This document shows, one piece after another, positions 31,045 through 40,813 of a DNA stretch of 64,000 nt. How positions within the stretch are numbered: position 1 is the first letter of the stretch; the number at the start of each line of letters is the position of its first letter. The stretch comes from Nitrospinaceae bacterium (GTDB lineage Bacteria; Nitrospinota; Nitrospinia; Nitrospinales; Nitrospinaceae), in NCBI GenBank assembly GCA_965223665.1, contig OZ245011.1, positions 3,168,001 through 3,232,000 on the forward strand, written 5' to 3'. The notes below the pieces were generated by a model. That model was given only the letters and a program-made list of their open reading frames with translations. It did no database searches and had not been told where the DNA came from. Position numbers and translations under genes: made by a program.

Positions 31045-31416
31045 TTACTTCGGTATGGGAGGGAGATCATTGTATGAAATTTTGTAACCAGGATGACCAA
31101 ATTCTAAAAGTAGATGAATCACTTGTTTTATTGCTGCCACATGATATTTTCGGCTTGCCATTCCATCAAAATGAGGATCATTTTCTTCAATAGATATGGA
31201 ACCAGGTTTCAGGTAGTTTAAATAGAATGCTCCCAAAGGTCTAAATTTTTCCAAGGGCTCATCCTCCGGGCAGGAATTTACTATTATCATATGAATGTCT
31301 TCACCAGGAGTAGAATACACCTCAAACAAGCCCCCTTTTTGAATACTATTTGTCTGGCAGTAGTTCAAAATGCGTTGGGCGTCCTGAATATTGATTTCTT
31401 TAAATAGAGTATGCAT
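31045..31416 (-). CDS. Hypothetical protein
   Basis: 123-aa ORF with a purine-rich SD-like element; no family recognised. Confidence 0.65.
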   Translation of the reverse strand: MHTLFKEINIQDAQRILNYCQTNSIQKGGLFEVYSTPGEDIHMIIVNSCPEDEPLEKFRPLGAFYLNYLKPGSISIEENDPHFDGMASRKYHVAAIKQVIHLLLEFGHPGYKISYNDLPPIPK

Positions 31417-31518
31417 AAATAAACGGTCCCTTAACTTAATATATTAATATCAGGAAATTTCCCGTTTTCAATTAAATAATGGTAATCTGAGTTTTGAAAT
31501 TTTCTAAGTGAGGTTTTC

Positions 31519-32106
31519 ATGCCAAACTCAATGGACAAATGGTTAGAAAAATTTAAAAACCTTGAAAAAGAACTTTTACAAGAAATTCAAAAAAAAGAAA
31601 AAGAATTTTTTTATAAAATAAGAAAGAAACGCGTTCGATTTGAGAAAGAGGTTCGACAACAACATAAGCTCCTTGTAAAAAAAACTTTTCGTTATATCAA
31701 AGACGCTCGAATTCTTGTAATTTTAACGGCTCCTATCATTTGGTTCTGCCTGGTGCCGGCATTATTGATGGATTTAGTGATTTCATTTTATCAAACTATT
31801 TGTTTCCCTATTTATGGAATTCCTAAAGTAAAAAGGGGAGATTTTATTGTGATTGACCGTCATTATTTGGCTTATTTAAATCCCATTGAGAAAATGAATT
31901 GTGTCTATTGTGGTTATTTCAATGGGGTCATTGCTTATAGTCGGGAAATTGCAGCTAGAACCGAACAGTATTGGTGCCCTATCAAGCATGCTCGAAAATC
32001 TCGAGCTATTCATAATCGGATTCCTTTCTTTTTCGATTATGGAGATGGCAATCGATATCGTAAGGAAATTGAGACTGTGCGGCGAGATTTTAAGGACATT
32101 CAATAA
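31519..32106 (+). CDS. Conserved-looking hypothetical membrane protein with CVYCGY and WCPIKH motifs
   Basis: GAGG SD, one TM region and clustered Cys/His residues. Confidence 0.75.
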   Translation: MPNSMDKWLEKFKNLEKELLQEIQKKEKEFFYKIRKKRVRFEKEVRQQHKLLVKKTFRYIKDARILVILTAPIIWFCLVPALLMDLVISFYQTICFPIYGIPKVKRGDFIVIDRHYLAYLNPIEKMNCVYCGYFNGVIAYSREIAARTEQYWCPIKHARKSRAIHNRIPFFFDYGDGNRYRKEIETVRRDFKDIQ

Positions 32107-32138
32107 TTTTCATTAATAAATCTGAAGAGGGATAGAAT

Positions 32139-32723
32139 ATGGAAATGTTTAGTGTAAAAAAGTTGTTAATTCTGGCAGGTACTCTGCTTATTCTTTTTGT
32201 TGGATTTCCTTTTCAAGCAGGGGCTGAATCTTCCGCTGAAAAAAAAGCTGATATTCGCAAGCTCCTTGAGGTTACCGGAATAAAAGATCAGTTAGCTTAT
32301 ATGAAAACTAGTTTATTAAAATCATATTCTGTTGTTGTAACTTCAACCTATCCGAAAATACCGAAGGAGTTTTGGGATGATTATAACGATTTGATTGGGC
32401 AAAAAGATTTAGAAAAGCTAGTGGATGAAGTAGTACCAATTTATGAAAAGCATATGAGCCATGATGCGATAAAAAAATTAGTAGAAATGTTTGATACTCC
32501 CTTTTGGAATGAGTGGAAAAATAAAATGCCCATCATTAGTAAAGAGGCAGGAGTAACGGGTAGTCAGTGGGGACAAAAAAAAGTTCAATCTAAAGAATTT
32601 ACAGATAAGCTGGATGCGCTCATTAAAAAACATAAACTAGAAGATTTGAATAAGAAAAAAGAAGAGCCTAAAAAGAAAGAACAAGATGCTCCTCAAACTA
32701 AAAAAGAATCTCCGAAACCATGA
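32139..32723 (+). CDS. DUF2059-like exported protein
   Basis: Signal peptide, IRKLLEVTG and PIYEKHMSHDAIKKLVEMFDTP. Confidence 0.7.
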   Translation: MEMFSVKKLLILAGTLLILFVGFPFQAGAESSAEKKADIRKLLEVTGIKDQLAYMKTSLLKSYSVVVTSTYPKIPKEFWDDYNDLIGQKDLEKLVDEVVPIYEKHMSHDAIKKLVEMFDTPFWNEWKNKMPIISKEAGVTGSQWGQKKVQSKEFTDKLDALIKKHKLEDLNKKKEEPKKKEQDAPQTKKESPKP

Positions 32724-33196
32724 GTATATTCGACCTAAAAAACCTTTTAGAAATTCCCATTAAAGGATCGGATCAAAAACGAGCTATAAAAGTAATCCAA
32801 ATTATGCAACAAATATCTGCCAAGGGTGGAGGCAATATTCCCTTGCAAGCTCTTATTCCAATACTAGGATTTGATAAACCAATTGCTGAAAAGATAATCC
32901 AAAAGCGTGGTGATATCAAAGTACATTGCCCTAAGGGGAAGGAAGGCAAATTAGAAGGACTCATTCTAAACATTGGGCAACCTATGCAAGAGGTAATTCC
33001 AAAATTAAAAACATTGAAACCAGAAATTGTAGGAGAGAAAAGGATTTTTGGACGTTATAAAGCTAAACCAAAATTACTGGAAATTTATCAGATTAATGGA
33101 TTAAAGTTAGTGAAGCGCATGTCTAAAAGAGAATGGGACCTCTCCCTGCCGATTCGAAACATCCACCTGAAGCCTAATTCAATAGCGGTATTTTAA
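32720..33196 (+). CDS. Hypothetical basic protein
   Basis: ATGA overlap with the upstream gene; 158 aa. Confidence 0.65.
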   Translation: MSIFDLKNLLEIPIKGSDQKRAIKVIQIMQQISAKGGGNIPLQALIPILGFDKPIAEKIIQKRGDIKVHCPKGKEGKLEGLILNIGQPMQEVIPKLKTLKPEIVGEKRIFGRYKAKPKLLEIYQINGLKLVKRMSKREWDLSLPIRNIHLKPNSIAVF

Positions 33197-33243
33197 AATA
33201 TCGAAAATTTTCATACATTGAATCATCTAAACTATTTCATAAG

Positions 33244-33272
33244 TTGACAGCAATTATCCACTCTGTTAAAAC
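33244..33272 (+). promoter_or_regulatory. Sigma70-type promoter of glyQ
   Basis: TTGACA (33244-33249), 17-nt spacer, TG-n-TAAAAC (33264-33272). Confidence 0.55.
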
Positions 33273-33280
33273 CCTAGGAT

Positions 33281-34159
33281 ATGAATTTTCAAAATGTAAT
33301 TTTAAAATTGAATGAATATTGGGGATCAAGAGATTGTGTGATTCAGCAACCCTATGATATAGAAGTAGGGGCTGGAACCTTCAATCCTGCCACATTTTTT
33401 CGGGTGCTCGGACCTGAACCTTTTAGAGCGGCCTATGTGGAGCCTTCACGGCGCCCTACGGACGGTCGCTATGGTGAAAACCCCAACCGTTTGCAGCATT
33501 ATTATCAGTATCAAGTAATTCTTAAACCTTCTCCAGAGGATGTTCAAGACCAATATCTCGATAGTCTTAAGGTTTTGGGAATTGATCCATTAAAGCATGA
33601 TATCCGGTTCGTCGAAGATGATTGGGAATCACCTACGCTGGGTGCTTGGGGGTTAGGTTGGGAAGTCTGGCTCGATGGAATGGAAATCACTCAGTTTACT
33701 TATTTCCAACAAGTGGGAAGTATTGATTTGGATCCTATCTCGGTTGAATTGACATACGGGCTTGAACGTATCACGATGTATTTGCAAAACGTTGATAATG
33801 TTTATGATTTAAAATGGAATGAAAATGTGAAGTACGGCGACGTGCATTTAGAAACAGAGAAACAATTTTCCCGTTATAATTTTGAAGAATCGGACAAAGA
33901 ACGTTTGTTTCAGTGGTTTAATATGTATGAAGCGGAAGCATTAAATCTTATGGAAAGAAACTTAGTTTTGCCTGCTTATGACTATACTCTAAAATGTTCT
34001 CACGCTTTTAATCTTTTAGATGCTCGAGGAGCGATTAGTGTTACTGAAAGAACAGGTTTCATTGGTCGCGTCCGCAAATTGGCCAGACTTTGTGCCGAAG
34101 GCTATGTGCAACAACGCGAAGAATTAGGCCACCCTCTCCTTGCGAATTCTGATAAATAA
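33281..34159 (+). CDS. glyQ: Glycine-tRNA ligase alpha subunit
   Basis: [43 protein letters not shown] and ELTYGLER. Confidence 0.98.
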   Translation: MNFQNVILKLNEYWGSRDCVIQQPYDIEVGAGTFNPATFFRVLGPEPFRAAYVEPSRRPTDGRYGENPNRLQHYYQYQVILKPSPEDVQDQYLDSLKVLGIDPLKHDIRFVEDDWESPTLGAWGLGWEVWLDGMEITQFTYFQQVGSIDLDPISVELTYGLERITMYLQNVDNVYDLKWNENVKYGDVHLETEKQFSRYNFEESDKERLFQWFNMYEAEALNLMERNLVLPAYDYTLKCSHAFNLLDARGAISVTERTGFIGRVRKLARLCAEGYVQQREELGHPLLANSDK

Positions 34160-34161
34160 AA

Positions 34162-35223
34162 TCATTTGTTTTTTCCTGAAATTCCGGCGGTTTTAAAAGT
34201 CGCCATTTCGTTGTAAATCCTTACACTGGCTTCAATCAATTGCATCCCTAATATTGCACCTGTTCCTTCGCCCAATCGCATACCTAAATCAAAAAGTGGA
34301 GGCACGTCTAAAAGTTTAAAAAAAACTTGGTGCCCCAGCTCCTTAGATTGATGAGAGACAAAAATAAAATCTTTCACCTTTGGCTGAATTTTTAAAGCTA
34401 AAACTGCTGCGGCTCCGGAGATCAAACCATCCACAACGATTGGAATTTTATGGGACGCAGCCCCAAGGATCAATCCTGTCAGTCCCCCAATTTCAAAACC
34501 CCCAACTTTTGCGAGTACATCTATAGGGTCTTTTGCCTTCGGCTTGTTTTTTCTAATAGCGCGTTCAATTATTGATATTTTATTCAGCCATTGCTCTTCC
34601 GAAATGCCCGTTCCTCTCCCTGTAGTAAATTTAGGTTTTTTTTCTCCATATACAGAAAGAATAGCTGAACTGGGAGTGGTATTTCCAATACCCATTTCAC
34701 CGGTACAAATTATATCGAAGCCTTTTTGTGAACAATTCTCGGCCAATTCTATTCCTATTTTCAATGACTCCTCTGCCTGGTTACGTGTCATGCTGGGGCC
34801 GTGACTCATATTTTTTGTTCCCTTGGCAATTTTTTTATGGATCAATTTAGGAAGGGAATCAAAATTATGGTTTACTCCAATGTCTACAAGCAAAATTTCT
34901 GCTTCTGCAAAATTGGCGAGTACATTAATGGCTGCCCCTCCATTTAAAAAGTTAAGGACCATTTGCTGGGTTACTGTTTGTGGATAGGCACTGACCCCTT
35001 CTTCCACAACACCATGATCTGCAGCGAAAATGACGACGGCTTTTTTATCAATTTTGGGATTCTTATCACCCCGGATAGCAATATACTGTCGTGCCAACTC
35101 TTCTAACCGCCCTAAGCTTCCGGGTGGTTTTGTCAGGGAATCGATATGCCATTGTGCAGCAATTATTTTTTCAGAATCGATGGATTCAATATTATGGATA
35201 GTATTTTCAATTATGGGAAGCAT
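34162..35223 (-). CDS. cobT: Nicotinate-nucleotide--dimethylbenzimidazole phosphoribosyltransferase
   Basis: TKPPGSLGRLE, FAADHG, GEMGIGNTT and MRLGEGTG. Confidence 0.96.
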   Translation of the reverse strand: MLPIIENTIHNIESIDSEKIIAAQWHIDSLTKPPGSLGRLEELARQYIAIRGDKNPKIDKKAVVIFAADHGVVEEGVSAYPQTVTQQMVLNFLNGGAAINVLANFAEAEILLVDIGVNHNFDSLPKLIHKKIAKGTKNMSHGPSMTRNQAEESLKIGIELAENCSQKGFDIICTGEMGIGNTTPSSAILSVYGEKKPKFTTGRGTGISEEQWLNKISIIERAIRKNKPKAKDPIDVLAKVGGFEIGGLTGLILGAASHKIPIVVDGLISGAAAVLALKIQPKVKDFIFVSHQSKELGHQVFFKLLDVPPLFDLGMRLGEGTGAILGMQLIEASVRIYNEMATFKTAGISGKNK

Positions 35224-35282
35224 TACTAATATTGGTCAGGAGTGTCAGGGTTTTCAATAAGAAGAAAATAATTATTTAATTT

Positions 35283-35837
35283 CTAAAACTCTATTCCTTT
35301 TTGTGCAGGAATTTTCTGATCTTTAAAAGGATGTTTAATGCACTTCATCTCTGTTACCAAATCGGCGATTTCAATTAATCCCTTGGAAGCGTTTCTACCG
35401 GTGCAAACGATATGGACACTTTTCGGTTTATTTTTAAGAGCATTTAAAAATTCACTTTCTGGTAAAAATTCATAATGGAGTACATAGTTAATTTCATCCA
35501 GAATGACTAATGAGTAATCCTCACTCATAATTTTAGAATGTGCGATTTTCCAGGCTTTGCTTGCGGTTTCAATATCTTGATCACGGTTATTGGTGTCCCA
35601 AGTGAATCCATCTCCCATGGGTACAACCTCTATAAGGGAAGGAAACTTTTCCAGACTTTTTCTTTCTCCGGATTTCCATTGGCCTTTCATAAACTGCATT
35701 ATGAATACTTTCATTTTGTTTCCAGCAGCTCGTATTGCCATTCCAAAGGCTGCAGTGGATTTTCCCTTTCCATCGCCAGTATTCACAATTATTAGCCCCT
35801 TACGTTTTCTGGGATCAGAACCGGGTCGTTTTTTCAT
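35283..35837 (-). CDS. cobO: Cob(I)alamin adenosyltransferase (CobO/BtuR type)
   Basis: TGDGKGKSTAAFG, QFMKG, GFTW, LDEIN, TGR and KHPF. Confidence 0.95.
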   Translation of the reverse strand: MKKRPGSDPRKRKGLIIVNTGDGKGKSTAAFGMAIRAAGNKMKVFIMQFMKGQWKSGERKSLEKFPSLIEVVPMGDGFTWDTNNRDQDIETASKAWKIAHSKIMSEDYSLVILDEINYVLHYEFLPESEFLNALKNKPKSVHIVCTGRNASKGLIEIADLVTEMKCIKHPFKDQKIPAQKGIEF

Positions 35838-35865
35838 GGGAGATGGCCACTCCTTATATTAATAT

Positions 35866-36456
35866 TTAATTTCTTTTCTTAAGCTGTTGCATTGAAGGTC
35901 CAAAGGATCCTGAAATGATTTGAACAAAATTCGTAGCGAGGGCAAAAATTGAAACATATAAAAAAACTGATCCTAAGTATTTTGGGAAATTATAATGTGC
36001 CCTATAAAACTTTTCTACGAAAACAGTCGAATCATAATAACCTGAAAATAAATAAAAACTACCTGTAGATATCCAAAAAGCTAAGGTTCCACACAAAAAA
36101 ACAATACCAATCAAAGCTAATAGTTGGTGGATAGAGGATATCCTCAAATTTCGAAAATGAGTTCCTCCCCACCAAAGAGATAAATAAGTTGGTACTAAAT
36201 AGGCGTATGCGGGAGTAACACACCAACTACTCACACCATTTTTTATTGATACGAAGTCAATGAGTACCACTCCCGTTAATAAAATTATTGAGTAAATATA
36301 CTTTCGCATATAAACCCCTGCTAAGAAAAAAGCGGCAAGTGTAAAATCCGGAACTTCCCAGTGAGAGCGAAATAGTGAACTGCGGGTTCCAATCATAATG
36401 GCAATACAAATTGCCAAGAAAATTACTGGGTGGTGCCAAATATGTTTTCTTTGCAT
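35866..36456 (-). CDS. btuM: BtuM-family solitary S-component cobalamin transporter
   Basis: TRS...PD..AFFLAGVY, IDFV, GVSSWCVTPAY (cobalt-ligating Cys motif) and STGSFYLFSG; lies between btuB and cobO. Confidence 0.82.
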   Translation of the reverse strand: MQRKHIWHHPVIFLAICIAIMIGTRSSLFRSHWEVPDFTLAAFFLAGVYMRKYIYSIILLTGVVLIDFVSIKNGVSSWCVTPAYAYLVPTYLSLWWGGTHFRNLRISSIHQLLALIGIVFLCGTLAFWISTGSFYLFSGYYDSTVFVEKFYRAHYNFPKYLGSVFLYVSIFALATNFVQIISGSFGPSMQQLKKRN

Positions 36457-36468
36457 TTGTATTCTCCA

Positions 36469-38307
36469 TTAGAAGTTGATAGTAAAACCGGCATATCCGG
36501 AAATTCCAGCCGTTCCAAATCCTAAAATTTCTTGGTACTGTTTATCGAGCAAATTTTCTCCACGGACAGAAACTTTAATGAATTTATTAATTTTATATTG
36601 CAGTACGGCCCTCAGTAATACATAACCTCCTGTTCCTTGAGGGATATCAAAAGTATTACTTTTGTAGGTAATTCCTAAAAGACTAGAAAGTTTCTTTTGC
36701 CAGGTATGTTGTATATTTGCGTGAAATTTATTTTGAGCCCGTCTTCTTAACCTTTGTTTGGTCACATCATCAATGGCTCTATTCCATGTATAGTTCATGG
36801 TTAATAGAAAGTTTTGTGGCAACTTTATTTTTAGAGAAGATTCTACCCCTTGAGATGTGGCACGTCCTATATTTTCAGGACGAAAGGTAACTAAACTGAA
36901 TTGAATTAAATTATCATAATCCGAATCAAAATAAACAACACTTAGGGTTGCTTTTCCACCCCAAAAAGCTTGATCAAACCCTACTTCCCAATTTTTTACT
37001 TTTTCAGGTAATAAGTTTGGGTTACTGAACCCCGGAAAGAATAAATCATTCAGTGTGGGAGCACGAAATCCAGTTGCGTAGGTGGCGCGAACGCGGGTTC
37101 CAGTATTTTTTACGCGATAAGCTGCTTCAAATTTATAAGTTAACTTATCTTCAAAAGCGCTATTATCATCAAATCGAAATCCAGCAGTAAAAATAAAACT
37201 TTCGAACAAATCCAAAACTCCCTGCATGAAAACGCTCCAATTTTCTAAATGGCGATTGAAAGTATTCACGTTTCGGCCAATTCTATTTTGGTATTCTCCT
37301 CCTACAACTAAGGATAAAAACTCTCCAATGATAAAATTATTTTGAATATCTAAAGTATAAGTAGTGCTATAGACATTTGAATCCGGGAAAGTTTGTGCGC
37401 GAGATTTTACTGAATCATAGGAAATATTCGGATTGAATTTGATGTCCCACCAGGGTAAAACGACAAAACTTATGGGACCAGCCAAATAAAAAGATTCCCC
37501 TCTGGAAAAAGGGGGGCCATCGACATTTCCAATTCCAAATATAAAGTTATCAAATTCTACATGGTTATCGATATAGCGACCAATAAACTCAGCTCTGCCT
37601 TTTTCATCTAGAAAATTTATTCCTGACCTTATTGAAAGAGAAGTATTCTGGTAACCATCATTTTCTGTGTTTCCATTAAACTCATCCGCGGATGAAAATC
37701 CCTGTGAGTCAGTTCTAGAAACGGTGGCTGAATAATCGAACTTACCGATTTCACCGGAACTTCCAAGAGTTTCTTTAAAAGTGAAAAAGCTTCCTCCTTC
37801 AAAAGCAAAATAATGTGAAGGCGCCCCTTTACCTTTCTTGGTTACAATATTAATGACACCACCCACAGCATCAGCTCCCCAAATTGTGCTTTGCGGTCCG
37901 CGTAAAATTTCAACTTTTTCAATATTCTCTGGCTGTATATGTGCAAAGTTAAAAGAACCGGTAGTATTAGAATTTATTTGGACTCCATCAACTAAAACCA
38001 AAGTAGAGGAGGAACCGGCCCCTCGTGTAAAAACTGTAGTGTTTGAACCTAAAGCACCATTTTGAACTACATCCAAACCCAACTCTTCCCTTAACATATT
38101 TTCTACATTGATATAGCTTTTTTCTTCAATTTGCTGTTGAGTTATGACGGTTACTGAGGTGGGAAGATTTTTTAATGCCAGGGGATTCCTTGTTGCGTCT
38201 ACATCGATTTGCTTTAATTTTTCAACTTTTTCCGTAGCAAGTAATTGAAGAGGACATATCAATTGAAAAAAGATGGCAGTAATAATTAAAAACTTTAATA
38301 ATTTCAT
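36469..38307 (-). CDS. btuB: TonB-dependent cobalamin receptor (BtuB-like)
   Basis: Plug motifs (LVLVDG, IEKVEILRGPQSTIWG), GFRAPT, ENLLDK and a C-terminal Phe; lies directly under a cobalamin riboswitch; start at ATG 38307. Confidence 0.9.
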   Translation of the reverse strand: MKLLKFLIITAIFFQLICPLQLLATEKVEKLKQIDVDATRNPLALKNLPTSVTVITQQQIEEKSYINVENMLREELGLDVVQNGALGSNTTVFTRGAGSSSTLVLVDGVQINSNTTGSFNFAHIQPENIEKVEILRGPQSTIWGADAVGGVINIVTKKGKGAPSHYFAFEGGSFFTFKETLGSSGEIGKFDYSATVSRTDSQGFSSADEFNGNTENDGYQNTSLSIRSGINFLDEKGRAEFIGRYIDNHVEFDNFIFGIGNVDGPPFSRGESFYLAGPISFVVLPWWDIKFNPNISYDSVKSRAQTFPDSNVYSTTYTLDIQNNFIIGEFLSLVVGGEYQNRIGRNVNTFNRHLENWSVFMQGVLDLFESFIFTAGFRFDDNSAFEDKLTYKFEAAYRVKNTGTRVRATYATGFRAPTLNDLFFPGFSNPNLLPEKVKNWEVGFDQAFWGGKATLSVVYFDSDYDNLIQFSLVTFRPENIGRATSQGVESSLKIKLPQNFLLTMNYTWNRAIDDVTKQRLRRRAQNKFHANIQHTWQKKLSSLLGITYKSNTFDIPQGTGGYVLLRAVLQYKINKFIKVSVRGENLLDKQYQEILGFGTAGISGYAGFTINF

Positions 38308-38339
38308 AATCTTTCCTTTCTCTCGAAGGCAATAGATTT

Positions 38340-38476
38340 TTCTGATCAGGTATCCTGACTTAGGGATATTGCAACCGCGCCTTCCCATCGAACGACAGTG
38401 GCTTAGAGCGGTCCTTTTCCCATTACAGTTGCGGGACAGTATCGGATTCTCACCGAGCTTCCCTAACCAGAAAAGT
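38340..38476 (-). ncRNA. Cobalamin riboswitch upstream of btuB
   Basis: Minus strand reads AGGGAAgctCGGTGagaaTCCG..ACTGTCCCGCAACTGTAA...GCCACTG...TGGGAAGG...AAGTCAGGAtACCTG (B12 box). Confidence 0.93.
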
Positions 38477-38794
38477 TAATAAAATTTAAATTAATAAAAA
38501 TTCCAAAAGGGTTAATTGAAAAACAATACAAGTTAGTAAAGATAAAACCGATGTTATAAACATTAACTTCTGGGTTCTAAAAATATCTTCTATTTCTAAA
38601 CTTCTTACATTCATTCCAATGAATGGTTTAAATTTTGAGTATCTCTACCAACAATGTGTGACAGTTTTTTTCTTGATAGCTTAATATAACCTTGTTCCAA
38701 AAGTAAATTCACCGGTCGACTTTCTTCATAAAGACTTCGAATGGATAATGAAGTAAAAATAAAAATTATTGATACTTCATCCTTAATTTAAGAA

Positions 38795-40054
38795 TTAAAG
38801 CTCAACAGAAAAATTCTGTGAACGTCCATTCCATTGATTGTAGTAAATTAGATTTTTTAAATCTAAGCGATCCGTCCAACCTTTAGATTCTAATATAGGT
38901 TTGTCTTCAAACTTATCTGTATGCCCTATACATAAATAAGCAATTGGAATAACATTGTCTGGAAGATCTAAATCTTTTCTGATTTGATCAGTATTTAATA
39001 TGCTGACCCAACCAACGGCTAATCCTTCAGCTCTGGCGGCTAACCATAGATTTTGTACTGCGCAACAGGTGCTATAAATATCTGTTTCAAAAATTGTATT
39101 CCTTCCTAAAACATGAGGACCAAATCGAGATCGATCGCATGTGACACAAATATTAATTGGAGCGTCCCGAATGCCCTCTAATTTTAAACTATCGTAGAGT
39201 TCTTGGCGCTCACCTTTGAAGTGCGTCCTTGCTTGAGAATTGGCTTCCTTGAAGTTCTCTGCCACTTTTTGCTTAATTCGGTTATTATCAATGATGATGA
39301 AATTCCAAGGTTGCATAAAACCTACAGAACCTGCGTTGTGTGCTGCATGTAAAACTTTCCCTAAAACTTTTGGAGGAATAGGTTTTGAATTAAAGCTACG
39401 AATGTCTCGACGTTTAAAAATTGCTTGATAAAGACCTTGCTTATGGATCTCCGAAAACTCATGGGTATTTGTATTTTTTCTTTCACTCAAAAAAGAATCG
39501 GTGGATTGACTTTCACGATTTTTACCATTATTTTTTATGACCATGGGAATACCGGAGACCATATGTATCACTGCATCAAAATGTAAAGCAAATTTTTGAT
39601 TAACGATTCCCGCTAAATCTCTAAACTTGCGCCCTAGTTCGTTTTCGGGAACAATCCCTGCACCCACCTCGTTGGTAATAAAAATAAGTTTCAACTTGGA
39701 TTGATTGATGTAATTTAATACTTCTTCCACCTTCATTAATATTTCATCTGGAGAAAGTGGTTTTAATAACAAATTTGAAATCCAAAGAGTAATGCAGTCT
39801 AAAACTATTATTTCCGTTTGTTTTTTTTTCTCTTCTTTTAGGGCCCTAACTAGGTTTAAGGGTTCTTCTACGGTTACCCAATCAGGCCCTCTTTCTTTTT
39901 GGTGTTTTTTAATCCTCATAGACATTTCTTCATCGTTGGCTTCGGCAGTTGCAATAAATACTTTTCGAACTGACAATTTAGAGGCTAAATTCAAGGCGTA
40001 TTGACTTTTACCGCTTCGGCAGCCACCGGTAATAAGTGTTTTCAAATTCTCCAT
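38795..40054 (-). CDS. cobU-bluB: Fusion of adenosylcobinamide kinase/guanylyltransferase (CobU) and 5,6-dimethylbenzimidazole synthase (BluB)
   Basis: N-half: GGCRSGKS, RIKKHQKER, TNEVG, FRDLAG. C-half: RRDIR, SVGFMQPW, LKLEGI, YSTCCAVQNLWLAARAEG..GWVS. One continuous frame. Confidence 0.9.
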   Translation of the reverse strand: MENLKTLITGGCRSGKSQYALNLASKLSVRKVFIATAEANDEEMSMRIKKHQKERGPDWVTVEEPLNLVRALKEEKKKQTEIIVLDCITLWISNLLLKPLSPDEILMKVEEVLNYINQSKLKLIFITNEVGAGIVPENELGRKFRDLAGIVNQKFALHFDAVIHMVSGIPMVIKNNGKNRESQSTDSFLSERKNTNTHEFSEIHKQGLYQAIFKRRDIRSFNSKPIPPKVLGKVLHAAHNAGSVGFMQPWNFIIIDNNRIKQKVAENFKEANSQARTHFKGERQELYDSLKLEGIRDAPINICVTCDRSRFGPHVLGRNTIFETDIYSTCCAVQNLWLAARAEGLAVGWVSILNTDQIRKDLDLPDNVIPIAYLCIGHTDKFEDKPILESKGWTDRLDLKNLIYYNQWNGRSQNFSVEL

Positions 40055-40069
40055 AATTACTTAGTGGTC

Positions 40070-40813
40070 TTAACCCATACTCGTATAGGGGCAAACCACT
40101 CCTCCGTAAATAAAGAAACAGATTTCTATAATTTCATTAAGTGCGCCAAAATTATCTCCCGTCATCCCGCCAATTTTTTGATGGAAGAAAAATAAAATAA
40201 AAAATGTGAGTAAAATAAATATTCCTATTGATAAAACTCCTACCCAAAAATTTAAAACAAAAATTGGTAAAAAAGGAAAAACACATCCAACCAAACTTTT
40301 ATAGGATTTTCCATAGTAGAGATCATTGGCAAGACCGCGGGTGTTCTCGGGATAATTCATAAAAGTAAGACCAAAAACCTGGGAAGAACGCGCTATGGCC
40401 GGAGTAATTAACATCCAAAGCCAACAATTTTGAGTTGGAATATTTAATAGAGCGTAAAACTTTAAGAGAACAGAAAAGATTAGCGCAATTGCACCCATCA
40501 CGCCTACCCTTGGATCTTTCATGATTTCTAAAATTTTTTCTTTAGATTTATGCGAAAAAAAACCGTCCGCAGAATCTGCTAAACCGTCTAAATGTAAACC
40601 ACCCGTCACTACAATTAAAAAAAGTAAATCCATGAGAACGCGGATTTCATCCGCAAGGAAAAGAGCACATAATCTATCCACTCCGATTAGAAAGGCCCCT
40701 ATAAGAAATCCCACCAGTGGGAAATAAAATACCATTCGGGAGGAAACCGAATAGTCTTTAAAAGGATTCGGTAGAACGGTCAAAAAATTTAAAGCGGAAA
40801 AAAAATTTCTCAT
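40070..40813 (-). CDS. cobS: Cobalamin synthase (adenosylcobinamide-GDP ribazoletransferase)
   Basis: TGGLHLDGLADSADG, IMKDPRVG and GGMTGD; start at ATG 40813. Confidence 0.95.
   Translation of the reverse strand: MRNFFSALNFLTVLPNPFKDYSVSSRMVFYFPLVGFLIGAFLIGVDRLCALFLADEIRVLMDLLFLIVVTGGLHLDGLADSADGFFSHKSKEKILEIMKDPRVGVMGAIALIFSVLLKFYALLNIPTQNCWLWMLITPAIARSSQVFGLTFMNYPENTRGLANDLYYGKSYKSLVGCVFPFLPIFVLNFWVGVLSIGIFILLTFFILFFFHQKIGGMTGDNFGALNEIIEICFFIYGGVVCPYTSMG

Noticed and set aside
38308-38388. N-terminal extension of btuB in the ORF track
   Set aside because: It runs into the riboswitch; the SD and signal peptide support ATG 38307.
38480-38790. Short minus-strand frames of 30-60 codons between cobU-bluB and the btuB riboswitch
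   Set aside because: AT-rich, with no SD or recognisable motif.
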